Assembly (NCBI RefSeq): GCF_963921235.1
Contig: NC_086109.1
Coordinates: forward strand, 34,846,001-34,910,000
Source: Mobula hypostoma
Taxonomy: Eukaryota
DNA length: 64,000 nucleotides
Reading direction: 5' to 3'
Below, one piece after another: positions 10,800-21,525 of this stretch; position 1 is the stretch's first letter; each line of letters opens with the position of its first letter. A program made the position numbers and the translations under genes. The notes below the pieces were generated by a model, which saw only the letters and a program-made list of their open reading frames with translations, was not told the DNA's origin and did no database searches.

Positions 10800-13188
10800 A
10801 AAAATATGGGTGTTGTTTGCTTGGCCGCCCTATTGTAACCGACATAACCCAACGTCCCAGTTCTTTGCATTTCCTCGGGACAATCAAACACATGGGTGCG
10901 AGTCGTTTAATTACTCCTTCGGGGATTAAGGGAGAGACCTTATCAGTAGACCTGGCCAAAACAATAGCCTTCTCCCATCTGACCGATCCCATCCTAATCT
11001 TTTCAAAATGGTTTTTTTCTCTTAACAAGGGGCCCCTAGCTTCATTGATTTCCACGCTAACACCGACTAGGTTTGTTAGCATATCAAAAGCCGGTGACCG
11101 TCTCAGTTCGCGTCGGTCATGATCAATAACATTTTTCCCCCTGGGCAGCCGGTAACTCTCTTTCATGATTCCACCAACTGTTTCCTCCAGCACCGCAAAA
11201 TGTCCACCGGGGGGTACCTCGTGGGCCATGTTAAAAACCTCATCCCCATAACTCTTTTGCACCACCCCCCACTCCTCATCTGCGGATGCTGTACTTGATT
11301 TCCCTTTCTTCCTTAGCACCTCCTTATCCGCACAATAGCTTGTCAAGGCTGTGTCAGAGAGAGCGGTCTCGGCCAAAACCATCAGCCCCTCGTCTCGCTC
11401 CTGCGTCTGCACAAATTCTTTCCTGGCTACTGCTACGTCCGTCCCAGCTCCCTCACTACCTCTTATCTCACTACACCCTGTCTCATACAAGGTTGGCAGA
11501 AATGTTTCAGCCAAATTCACCATCGCGGGCGGGGCCTCCATGCTGGCAGGCTGACCCGTCAATCTCACGACTGGGAACACGATCCCTCCGGCGATGTCAT
11601 TACCGAGCAAGACTTCCACGTCTTTCATCGGTAATTCGGACCTCACCCCAATCGTGACTAGTCCAGAGACCAGGTTGCTCTGTAAATGTATCTGGTGCAA
11701 AGGGACTGACTCTGTCCCTTCCCCAACACCTTTGACCTCTACCTCCCCAGTCTGGGTCTCTGAGCTAAACTCTAATACACTCTTCAGTATTAGTGACTGA
11801 CACGCTCCCGTGTCTCTCCAGATCCGCACTGGAACTGGTTTTAACCTCTTTTTCACTGACACCAGTCCGGCCGAGATAAACCTCTCGCGCCCTTCCTGGA
11901 CTTTTTCAGACCTGTCCTTCCCTAGCGGTTCGCTTAACAGCTCAATACAGCCATTCAAAATTTCCGCTTTTCCTTTCCCCGTCTCCTTCCTTGGGGCAAA
12001 GCACCTGGACGCAAAGTGTCCGACTTTCCCACAATTATAACAGACGACCCCAGGAGACTTCCCACCAGACTGCTCCCGGTCTACCTTATCCTTTTCACTA
12101 GTCCCCGGCTTACTTTCTGACTTTTCCGGTGGACTCTCCCCGCCGTCCTGACTACCCTTCTGGTAGCCTTTACTCGGGGCAACCTTCATTTTATGCGTCA
12201 ACGCATACTCATCCGCTAACTTAGCAGTTGCGGCTAACGTGGCTGCCTCTTTCTCATCGAGGTAGGGTCTCATACCCTCAGGGACACAACCTTTAAACTG
12301 CTCAATCAGAACCAGTTGCAGCAGTCTGTCATAATCCCCCTCTACCCCTTTCGAGGCGCACCAACGCTCACAATATGTTTGCATCTCGCGAGCAAACTCC
12401 AAATACGTGCGGTCCCACCGCTTCCTCGCATTCCGGAACCTCTGCCGGTATGCCTCCGGGACCAACTCATAAGTCCTGAGGATGGCCTCCTTCACCACCT
12501 CATACTTCTGGGCATCTTCCGGGGATAAAGCGGAGTAAGCTTGTTGGGCTTTCCCTTTCAGTACACTCTGAAGTAAAACAACCCACTTATCCCTCGGCCA
12601 GTCCTGACTTATAGCTACTTTTTCGAAGTGGAGAAAGTACCGATCCACATCGGTATCGTCAAATGGGGGAACCAGCCTAACCTCCTGGGTCGCCCGGAAC
12701 CCTCCACCTTGGTTCGGCACGAGCCCCTGCTCGGCCCTTATCTTTAACTTCTCCAGCTCAAATTCCCTTTCCCTCTGTCTCTCTTCTCTCTCCAACTGTC
12801 GGTCCCTCTCTCTCTCTTCTCTCTCCAACTGTCTTTCTCTCTCTTGCCTTTCTACCTCTTTCTCTCTCTCCCGCCTTTCTAACTCTCTCTCTTTCTCCTG
12901 CCTTTCTAACTGCCGTACCCGGAACTCGTGCTCGAGTCTCAGTTTTTCAAGCTGTACCTGTACCGCGTCTCCAGCAGGTTTTTCAATAGACACCTCCCCC
13001 AGCTCACCTTGGGGAAACACACCTTTAGATACATAGTGCTCTACAATAGCTCTGTGTATCTCCTCTCTCCTCATTGTCGACTTCACCTTAGCAAGATTCA
13101 CCCGTTTGGCCACAGCTATCAATTCCGATTTCCTGGCATCCTCTAATGCCTCCAAGGTCGGCGCCTTTATAAATTCCTCAACCTCCAT
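10792..13188 (-). CDS. Retrotransposon Gag-protease polyprotein (798 aa) fused to integrase and RT remnants
   Basis: Open frame from an ATG in good context (gaaATGG). E/R coiled coil at aa ~80-150, capsid with SCAN-like half (PEAYRQRFR..LVLIEQF) at aa ~170-330, CCHC knuckle CYNCGKVGHFASRC at aa 383-396, aspartic protease DTGA at aa 459 plus LLGND, integrase-like AHEVPPGGH at aa 655-663, and ending in the RT N-terminal KQHPY. Confidence 0.92.
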   Translation of the reverse strand: MEVEEFIKAPTLEALEDARKSELIAVAKRVNLAKVKSTMRREEIHRAIVEHYVSKGVFPQGELGEVSIEKPAGDAVQVQLEKLRLEHEFRVRQLERQEKERELERREREKEVERQERERQLEREERERDRQLEREERQREREFELEKLKIRAEQGLVPNQGGGFRATQEVRLVPPFDDTDVDRYFLHFEKVAISQDWPRDKWVVLLQSVLKGKAQQAYSALSPEDAQKYEVVKEAILRTYELVPEAYRQRFRNARKRWDRTYLEFAREMQTYCERWCASKGVEGDYDRLLQLVLIEQFKGCVPEGMRPYLDEKEAATLAATAKLADEYALTHKMKVAPSKGYQKGSQDGGESPPEKSESKPGTSEKDKVDREQSGGKSPGVVCYNCGKVGHFASRCFAPRKETGKGKAEILNGCIELLSEPLGKDRSEKVQEGRERFISAGLVSVKKRLKPVPVRIWRDTGACQSLILKSVLEFSSETQTGEVEVKGVGEGTESVPLHQIHLQSNLVSGLVTIGVRSELPMKDVEVLLGNDIAGGIVFPVVRLTGQPASMEAPPAMVNLAETFLPTLYETGCSEIRGSEGAGTDVAVARKEFVQTQERDEGLMVLAETALSDTALTSYCADKEVLRKKGKSSTASADEEWGVVQKSYGDEVFNMAHEVPPGGHFAVLEETVGGIMKESYRLPRGKNVIDHDRRELRRSPAFDMLTNLVGVSVEINEARGPLLREKNHFEKIRMGSVRWEKAIVLARSTDKVSPLIPEGVIKRLAPMCLIVPRKCKELGRWVMSVTIGRPSKQHPYFFE

Positions 13189-13264
13189 TTCTGCTGTTTG
13201 TCTTTTCTTTCTTTCGGGAATTTTAACCCAATCAATTTACTCCGTCCCAAATTTAGCGTTCAAA

Positions 13265-13283
13265 ATCGCGGACGAGAACCCCA
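13265..13283 (-). promoter_or_regulatory. Primer-binding site, tRNA-Pro-like (imperfect)
   Basis: Minus strand TGGGGTTCTCGTCCGCGAT, 4 nt after the 5' LTR, compared with the canonical tRNA-Pro PBS TGGGGGCTCGTCCGGGAT. Confidence 0.75.
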
Positions 13284-13287
13284 CTTA

Positions 13288-14164
13288 TGTTACGTACCCC
13301 GTAACTGGGTTGCCAAACCAGCAGAAATGGATCACTCAGTTGGAGTCTGGAGTACTAGAACTAAGAAAGTTTTATTAAGGAAACAAGCAACACAGTAATC
13401 GAAAGGATAATAAATGCAACAGTTCAGTGATGATAAACACACATGTGCACAGAATTAAGATAACAGCATCAATCAAGCTCTATCGTTGTCTAGGGGTAAA
13501 TGACCAATTTCAAAATGACTCAAAGTTCAGTCCAGTTTAGTAGTTCAGTTCGCAGTAATCGTTGCCATGGCGGTGGACAACGTGGGGGAAGAGAGAGATA
13601 GAATAGGAACAACTCATCATTCAGAACGGCTTCACTCACAGACCAGCAAGATGGCTCACAGACCAGCGAGATGGCTCACAAACAGCTTTTGGGCAGGTCC
13701 TTGGTGATGTCACCTGAGGTCACCGACTGTGACCCCTCCTCCAGATGCGGTCGATCCTCTGCAGTGAACCCGGCACCCAGGCAAGGGCGGACACACACCG
13801 GGTTCCCGCTGATCGTACCTTTCCACCCTGTGCGTTGTCCGGTTCTTCTCACCACTCGTGAGAGGCGCACCGCTTCCAGGGTCTCGTTACCTCGGGTGGC
13901 GTGTGTCTGTCTTAGCGAACCTGTCCCTTTTTATCCCCCTGCTGGGGTATCGCCTGTCCATCACTTCAAACAGTTCAGGGCTCAAAGGGGGGAGCCGCTC
14001 CAGACAGCTCTTCCTCCCACATCCCTTCATTACACATCTCCAGACGCTGCTCCATTGTTCCTTATCTCTCCTTCCCCTGAGGGCAGGTGGCAGACCAACT
14101 GCTGATGCCACTGATGCTAGCCCAGGCCAGCAAACATCTTAATTTTATGTGTATTCTCGTAACA
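13288..14164 (-). repeat. 5' LTR (877 bp)
   Basis: Copy of 9292-10168, followed on the minus strand by the PBS. Confidence 0.95.
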
Positions 14165-15690
14165 GCTACAAGTTCATCCACCATATTCGCTGATTCAAAT
14201 ATAACACCTTCAGTCTTGTACTTCCCCTTTTCAATTTTGTCTGTTTTTTACGTTGCAACTCAATCTGTTGACTGCAATTTTCCCCTTTCGACGGTCTCTC
14301 CTGACTACACATTGCCTCTGTTTGTAAACCAGCTACTTCATCTTCAGCGCTATCATCCGCCTTCCCGATGACACTTCTTACGTTGAAATATACGCAGCGC
14401 AGGACACTTGTTACACGGTACTCAACCTTTTGATTCCTAATTTTGAGGTCTTACCCATATCTGCCTCCACAATTTCTCCACTACCTGTTCTGGCACTCTG
14501 GTTCCCATCCCCCTGCAACTCCAGTTTAAACCCCACTGTGCAGTATTAACAAACCTTCCTGCTGGGATACCAGTTCCCCTCCAGGGGCAAACCATCTGTT
14601 CTGTACAGGTCCCACTTTCCCTGGAAGACAGCCAATGATCTAAAAATCTTATGTCCTTCCTCCTACACCAACTCCTCAGCCATGCTGGGTAGCAATGCAA
14701 AGAGCACAACCCTGGAGGACCTGCCCTTTAATTTAGCACCTAACTCCCTGAGCTCCTGATGCAAAACTTTGTCAGTCATCCTACCCATGTCATTGGTACC
14801 TACATGGTACACAACGTCTGGCTGTTCACTTAAGAATGCTGAATTCTTGATCTGAGATATCCAGCACCCGGGAGGCAACATACCATCTGGGAACCTCATT
14901 CTCAGCAACAGAACCTCCTGTACATTCTCTTAAATAATGAATCCCCTTTATCACCACAGCGAGCCTCTTCTCTCCCTCCCCTTCTTAGTCACAGAGGCTG
15001 ACTCAGTGCCAGACCCGACCACTGTGACTTCCCTCTGTTAAGTCAACACCCCCCACCCCCAAAAGTATCCAAAGTGATACACATATTGTAGAAGGAAATG
15101 GTCACTCGGCACTCTGCACTGACTCCCTAACCCCTTTCCTCTTCCTGACTGTCACCCAGTTTCCTGTGTTCTGCACCTTGATTGTAACTACCTCTCTATA
15201 TCTCCTCTCTATCATCTCTTCTGCCTCCCGAATGACCCGGAGTTCATCCAGTTCCAGCTCCAGCTCCTTAACGTGGGTTGTTAGAAGCTGCAGGCGGACG
15301 CACTTCTTGCAGGTGTCGTCATCAGGGACACTGGAGTTCTCCCTGCCCTCTCACATAGCACAAAAGAAGCATTCATCTAGCCTGTCTGACATCTCTGCTG
15401 CCCTAGCTGAATAGATATAAAGAAAAGAAGGGGGAAAATAATTAACCTTGAGCTTTTCTTTCCTTTGCTTTGTCTGACTGAAACCTCAAGATCACCGTTC
15501 TGACTCTGTCCACTCAGATGGTGGCTGCTGCGTCAATGGCTGGTACAATTGCCCCTGCCTTTCTTTAATTGGGTCTTCCTAATCAATCCAAAATACTGAT
15601 TGGTTGCTGGTCAAAGCTCCTTTTCGCTATAGCAAACCATTGCTGCCTTTTCTACTCAGGCAGTAGACCTGATTGAAATTCCTTCCTCTC
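14165..15690 (-). mobile_element. CR1 LINE, 5' part (ORF1 zinc finger/leucine zipper and SGNH esterase, 5' UTR)
   Basis: From 15392 the minus strand reads MSDRLDECFFCAM*EGRENSSVPDDDTCKKCVRLQLL..KELELELDEL. Also VVYHVGTNDMGR (14663-14908) and WCRRKDIRFLDHW (14437-14709). Continues the CR1 broken at 9291; the 5' boundary is approximate. Confidence 0.85.
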
Positions 15691-17499
15691 AAAGTTCCAT
15701 CATCATTATACTTTAACACTTTATTCATGGTTTGCTGACACTCCTGTCTGTATAACGCATTCCATTCTCTTTCATCCACAGATCTACTTCCATCAGAAGC
15801 TGTCAGATGTGAAGCAGCAGGCTGATGTTCATCACTTAGATTCTCTAATTATATTGTTACTGGGCAGACTTGATCTTTCTTTTGACTGTGAGGGCAAGAA
15901 GAAGGTGAATCATTTTGTTTAACCCGAGTCCAGTGATTCCACTGGCTGCCTCACCAGGTCTGTACACAGACACGTGTATCCTTTGTCCAGAGGACCCCTT
16001 GTGGTCCTATCAACCTGGGAACAAACTCAGGCAGCTCCCTCTCTCACCTGGCTGTGGGAGGACCTGGTTTGCATCCCCATATGATCTTACTAAATTAGCT
16101 CCAGTAGTTTCTTTCTGTACACTTTCAATTTCTGCCATCTTATGTCCTTCTGTTGCTCTCTTTACCCACTCATTACCTTCCTGCACCTTTTCCTCCCTCT
16201 TCTCATGTGTCTTTCATTGTTACTACTTCTGCATTACTTTTAACACTTCTTGTCTGTGGTTGGCTCCAAACTGAGGGACCTCCTGACATGATTCACGATC
16301 ATTGTCCAATCTCCTACTCCTGCTTGGGGCTGCTAGCTGTCTGTGAACCATGTTGTCTGCTCTGTGGGTCATACAAGTTCACTCTTCCTGTATTATTTCT
16401 TCTATCCCTTAACCTGTGATAGCCTTCCTTAGTGTGTCTATTCCTAGGATAGTATGCTCATTGTTTGAGCATATTGAAAAATCTGCAGGATGCTACACTC
16501 GCTCCATCTCAATTACCTGAGGCTCACTTCTCTCTGCCTTCATGTTTCACCTCCTGCACTGGCAATTTAAATTATATTAGTTATTGACATTGATGACACT
16601 GTGTCTACAAACATATCAATTGATGCCCCTTAATAAACCTCTTGTATATATCCGTGGGCACACAGCACTAGCAAGGACGCTACTACCAGCCGTTTGTCTA
16701 ATATGTTTGGCAGTCAAATCGGACAGAGAGGGTGCTGCTGTCGCTTCTGCCTGTCCGGGAGGGTGACTCTCACACCTTCCTCTCTTTTTAAGACCCTGCC
16801 CCAACCATAGCCTGAGAGTCCACAGTTGTAACAAATTATCACCTTTACCCTTTTATGTCTATTCTGGTGCTCCTTTGTGAGGGGCCCCGGTTGCTGGCAC
16901 AGAGTCCTGTGTGGAGAAGGGGATCCTGTGACAAGGGCAACAACTTGCTTTCCATATCATACTACCTCGGCTTGCTTACTGGCTTGTGTATCACATAGAC
17001 AGCTGGGACACTGTAATCATGGTCAACTCCAACCAACCGAGAGCCTCGTTGCTTCCAACTCACTTTAACAACTGAAGACTCGTTCTGGTTTGAATTAATA
17101 TCTGTTACATTCACATAACTCCCGAGTACTCCCTACAGGTGGAGTAACTGTTAAGTGGTGTTTGTTGTTCTGGATGGTGTGAAGCTTCTCTGGTACTGTT
17201 GGAACTGTACTTATTCATTTTTTTTTGCACTACCTCACTTTCCATTTTTCTATTTTCTATTTATGATTTATAATTCAAATATTTAATATTTACTAATTTT
17301 TACTATTTTTATTTTTAATATTTAATATTTGTACTCCAGGGAGCAGGAAGCACAGAATCAATTATTGCTGTGATGACTGTACGTTCTAGTATCAATTGTT
17401 TGGCGACAATAAAGTATTATGTGTATTAAGCATAAAGTATTCAGTTAAATGGAAATAATGCTGTTTTTAATGAGGGATAGGCTTTAGTGGGTTAGGACA

Positions 17500-18475
17500 T
17501 GAATTGTTTGCTAAATACTCTTTTTCTGACTGGAAGTCTATGACAAATAGTGGACCATAGGGATTAGTGCAGGGCCCTCCAGTATTTATAACATATGGAT
17601 GGAAATGTATGGGGTCTGATTGGTAAGTTAACAGATGACATGAAAATGCATGGAGTTACAGGAAGCAAAGAAGAACATTGCATAGGTAGCTGGGTGGTGT
17701 GGAAGGTGGAATTTAATCCAAACAAGTTAGATTATACACTTTGGTAAGTCCTACATTGATAGGATATATGGACAAATGGCATAAAGCTTCAGACTATTGA
17801 TAAGCAGAATGACCAGGGGATGTAAATCGATAGCTTGCTGAAAATTGCAGCAGAACTGGGGTAGGGTAGCAAAGAATGAATTTGGTATGTTTGCTTTTAT
17901 AGGGTGAGGCAATGAGAAAAAGAGATGGGATGTCATATTGCAGCTGTGTGAAACATTGATTAGTCTGAATCGGAGTATTGAATACAGTTTTGGTCACCAT
18001 CCCACAAAAAGGGTATGGTAGCACTAAAGAGTGCAGAAAGGATTCACCAGGATGTGGCCTGGAACGTAATGTTGTAGCTATAAGGAGGAGGGCTGGGTTT
18101 CTGCTCACAAAAAATAGGGGTTGTTGGTTAATTGTATGGAGGTTTATAAAATGATGAGATGTATAAATAGGGTAGAAAGTCAAAGGCTTTTGCCCAGAGC
18201 AGGGGAGTCTAGTTCTTGAGTGCATGGGTTGAAGGTGAGAGGGGGAACATATGAAGGAGATCTGAAGGGTGTCTTTTTCCACAGAGGGTGTTGATTATCT
18301 AGAACGAGGAGGTGGTTTAGACAGATACCAAAACATCATTTAAAAGGCATTTGGGCATTACTTGGGTAGCAAAGGCATAGGGTGATACAGACCTATTGCA
18401 GGTAAATAGGACTGATGTAGGTAAGGATCACAGTTGGCATGGAATGGCCTGTTTCAGGGCTATATGATTCTATGG
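17500..18475 (+). mobile_element. Old CR1 3' fragment (RT C-terminus)
   Basis: Degenerate CR1 motifs (gagtattgaatacagttttggtcacc; agagtgcagaaaggattcaccaggatg) and a 3' tail ggcctgtttcagggctatatgattctatg. Confidence 0.65.
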
Positions 18476-18839
18476 CTATCCAGCTTTTATTTGTTGCTGT
18501 AGCCATCGTATTTATGTGGCTGGTCCATTTAGGTGTCTCAAGAATGGTGACACTGAGGATGTTGGTGATGGACGATCAATTGACAGTATTGCCACTGAAT
18601 ACGAAGGCTTGATGCTCTCTTGTTGGAGATATTCAGTGCTTGGCACATCTGTGAGAGACTGTCAGCTGTCACCTTTCATCCCATCTCATCTTGATTGGAG
18701 TACTGTGCAGAAACAATGGAAGTGCTCCCGCACAGGTCTGGTGAAAGACTTTAAAAACCCAGTCTCAATAAAGGAGAGGTACCACCTAGTGGAGTGGTCA
18801 TTGTGGCAGCAGTCATCATCGGAGTAGTCTGAGTCAGAG

Positions 18840-19905
18840 TAGGGGACTCTATAGACAGGAGAACAGATAGGCGATGCTGTGGATGCAAAAAAGAAATACA
18901 GATGGTAGTGTGCCTCCTGTGTCCGATGTTTCTGAACGCATCCACAATATCCTGAAAAGGGAGGGTGAGCAGCGTATATTGTGGTGTATATTGGTACCAA
19001 CGACATGGGTAGAAAAAAGGGAGAAGGTCCTGAAAAAATAGTACGGGGAGTTAGGAAGGAAGCTGAGAAGCAGGACCTCAAAGGTAGTAATCTCAGAATT
19101 GCTACCTGTGCCACGTGACAGTGAGAATAGGAATAGAAAGAGGTGGCAAATAAATGGGTGGCTGAAGAATTGGAGCAGGGGGCAGGGATTCAGATTTCTG
19201 GATGACAATTTTGCCCTCATGGATTGCAGGAGGATACTGGCAGGGATGACAGCAAAGCAGAAAAGGCAAATGCAATGATAGCATTTATTTCAAGGGCAAT
19301 AGAATATAAAAGCAAGGAGGTAATGCTGAGCCTTTATAAGACACTAGTCAGGCCAGTATTGTCAACAGGTTTGTGCCCCATATTTCAGAAAGGATGTGTT
19401 GTTATTGGAGAGAGTCTAGTGAGGTTCACAAAGATGATTCTAGGTATGAAGGGGTTAACATGAGGAGCATTTAGCACCTTTGGGCCTGAACTCACTGGAG
19501 TTTAGAAGAATGCGGGGGCGGGGGGGAATCTCACTGAAACCTACTGAAAGCTGAAAGGACTAGATAGGGTGGATGTGGAGAGGATGTTTCCTATGGAGGG
19601 GGAATCCAAAACTAGACAGCACACCCTCAGAGTTGAGGGGTGACCTTTTAGAAAAGAGGTAACGAGGAATTTTTTTAGCCAGAGAGTTGTGAATCTGTGG
19701 AATGCTCTGCCACAGACTGCGGTGGAGACCAAATCCGTGGGTAGACTTAAGGTGGTTGTTTCCTGATTGGTCAGGGCATCAAAAGATATGGCATGAAGGC
19801 AGGTGTATGGGGTTGAGTGGGATCCGGCATCAGCCATGATGGAATGGCGGAGCAGACTCATTGGGCTGAATGGCCTAATTCTGCTCCTATGTCTCAAGGT
19901 CTTAC
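18840..19905 (+). mobile_element. Internally deleted CR1 (ORF1 esterase joined to RT C-terminus and 3' end)
   Basis: ORF1 motifs GDSI.. and YIGTNDMGRK (18840-19220) are followed almost directly by KANAMIAFISRAIEYKSKEVMLSLYKTLVRP (19224-19463) and a CR1 3' end tgggctgaatggcctaattctgctcctatg. Confidence 0.8.
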
Positions 19906-20980
19906 GGCCTTTATCTCTGAGTGCTGTCGGAGTCTTGCTGCAAACAGCTTCAGCTTACTGAGGATTTGGGAATGGAATAAACATTGTGCAATTATCAGCA
20001 AACTTCCCCTTTTCTGACCTTGGGTTAGATGAAAGGGCATGGATGCAGCAGCTAATCATAGATGGGTTGAGGACATACTTTGTGGAACTGCAGATGCTAG
20101 AAATCTCGGTTTAAAAAGGATCTCAAAATGCTTCGATATTCAGCTTGCAGCACTTGTGGAAAGTAAAGCAAAATTAGCATATCAGACTGAAGAGCGAAAT
20201 TATCCCAATAAAGAGTCATTGTCCTGTATACTGAATCATTTTTCTCCTTGTACAGATGTTGCCTGATCTGTAGAGTATTCCCGGCAGTTTCTGTTTTTAT
20301 TTCTGCATTAGTGCCTTTTAGGGATGATTGACCTCCAACAATGACAACCATCTTCCTTTGTTCATGATGTAGCATGATTTCAAGGACAGTCTGGCTTTTA
20401 AAATTTGTCATTTAAGTATGGCACTATGTTCCCTCCTTCCCTCCACTCACTCATGTCCTCTTTCTGTGACATCATCCCCACTGCTCTTTCTCCTTCCCTC
20501 TCGTTCCTATTCCTGCTCTTTCTTCATCCCTCAGTCTCCTTGTCCACTCCTTACTCTCCCATATTCCTCTCAGTTTCCCCTTCAGGGTAGAGCTCCTCAA
20601 CCTGAAGGATTCTTCCTAATGGATACTGGACACCACACGGGGAAGACTTTGCTTACTGCAGGCTATGTTTACATTGAACTACAAAATATTCATCTTTGTG
20701 CCTTCCTTGGCCCAGCCCATGGCGTAGGTGGGTTGATTGGCTGGATTAGTAATGTTCTGTTCATTTGATACCTATCTGATATAGGATAGATATTTTTCCC
20801 TTTAGTATGAGCATCTCATTCAATGCAGGCTGTTGGCCACTCTCATAGGATCTAACTCAGTCACTGACAGAATGATGGCACGAGTGATAGCCTCCTGATC
20901 CAGAAGCAGTGTGCTTTGTTTGCAGATGAAGCTTGGGTCCCCAGCTACCTTTGATTCCCTGCTACACAACACGGATATGC

Positions 20981-21187
20981 AGCAACACATACAAATTGCT
21001 AGAGGAACTCAGTAGGCCAGGGAGCATGTATGAAAAAGAGTAAACAGTCGACTGATTTACTGAATTCTCAACCCAAAATGTCAACTATTTACTCTTTTCC
21101 ACAGGTGCTTCCTGGCCTGTTGAGTTCCTCCAACATTTTGTGTGTTTTGCTTTGGATTTCCAGCCTTTGCAGATTTTCTCGTGTTTG
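20981..21187. mobile_element. Inverted pair of Penelope-derived terminal repeats
   Basis: gcaacacatacaaattgctagaggaactcagtaggccagg... is reverse-complementary to ...cctggcctgttgagttcctccaacattttgtgtgtttt, centred near 21060. Confidence 0.75.
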
Positions 21188-21312
21188 TTACTGACAGGCA
21201 GATTGGCCTTCCCAACCTCATGTGGAACACTCTCAAAATCTGTGATTATTTCTCGTATCATGTGCATTGTCTTTAGAAGGGATAAAAACTAAATTGCATT
21301 AGTAAGTCAATC

Positions 21313-21525
21313 GCAAACAAGAGAAAATCTGCAGATGCTGGAAATCCAAGCAACATGCATAAAATGCTGCAGGAACTCAACAGGCCAGGCAGTACCTGTA
21401 AACAGTCAGCGTTTTGGGCTGAGACCTGTCTTGCTAAAGGATCTCAGCCTGAAACGTCGACTGTACTCTTTTCCATAGATGCTGCCTGGCCTGCTGAGTT
21501 CCTCCAGCATTTCATGTGTGTCGCA
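21313..21525. mobile_element. Inverted pair of Penelope-derived terminal repeats
   Basis: Left arm (minus) gcaaacaagagaaaatctgcagatgctgg... and right arm ...cctgaaacgtcgactgtactcttttccatagatgctgcctggcctgctgagttcctccagc. Flanked by GCATTAGTAA (21296-21305, 21523-21532). Confidence 0.8.

Larger units (their letters stand above)
9292..14164 (-). mobile_element. Gypsy/Ty3 (Gmr1-like) LTR retrotransposon, non-autonomous, very young
   Basis: Two 877-bp direct repeats TGTTACG...CGTAACA (9292-10168, 13288-14164). TSD GCTA at 9288-9291 and 14165-14168. PBS and PPT are on the minus strand, flanking a gag-protease ORF. Confidence 0.97.

Noticed and set aside
10428..13146. Several + strand ORFs within the LTR element (possible env or accessory gene)
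   Set aside because: Antisense shadows of the gag-pol frame. I see no signal peptide plus TM, furin site or other env hallmark.
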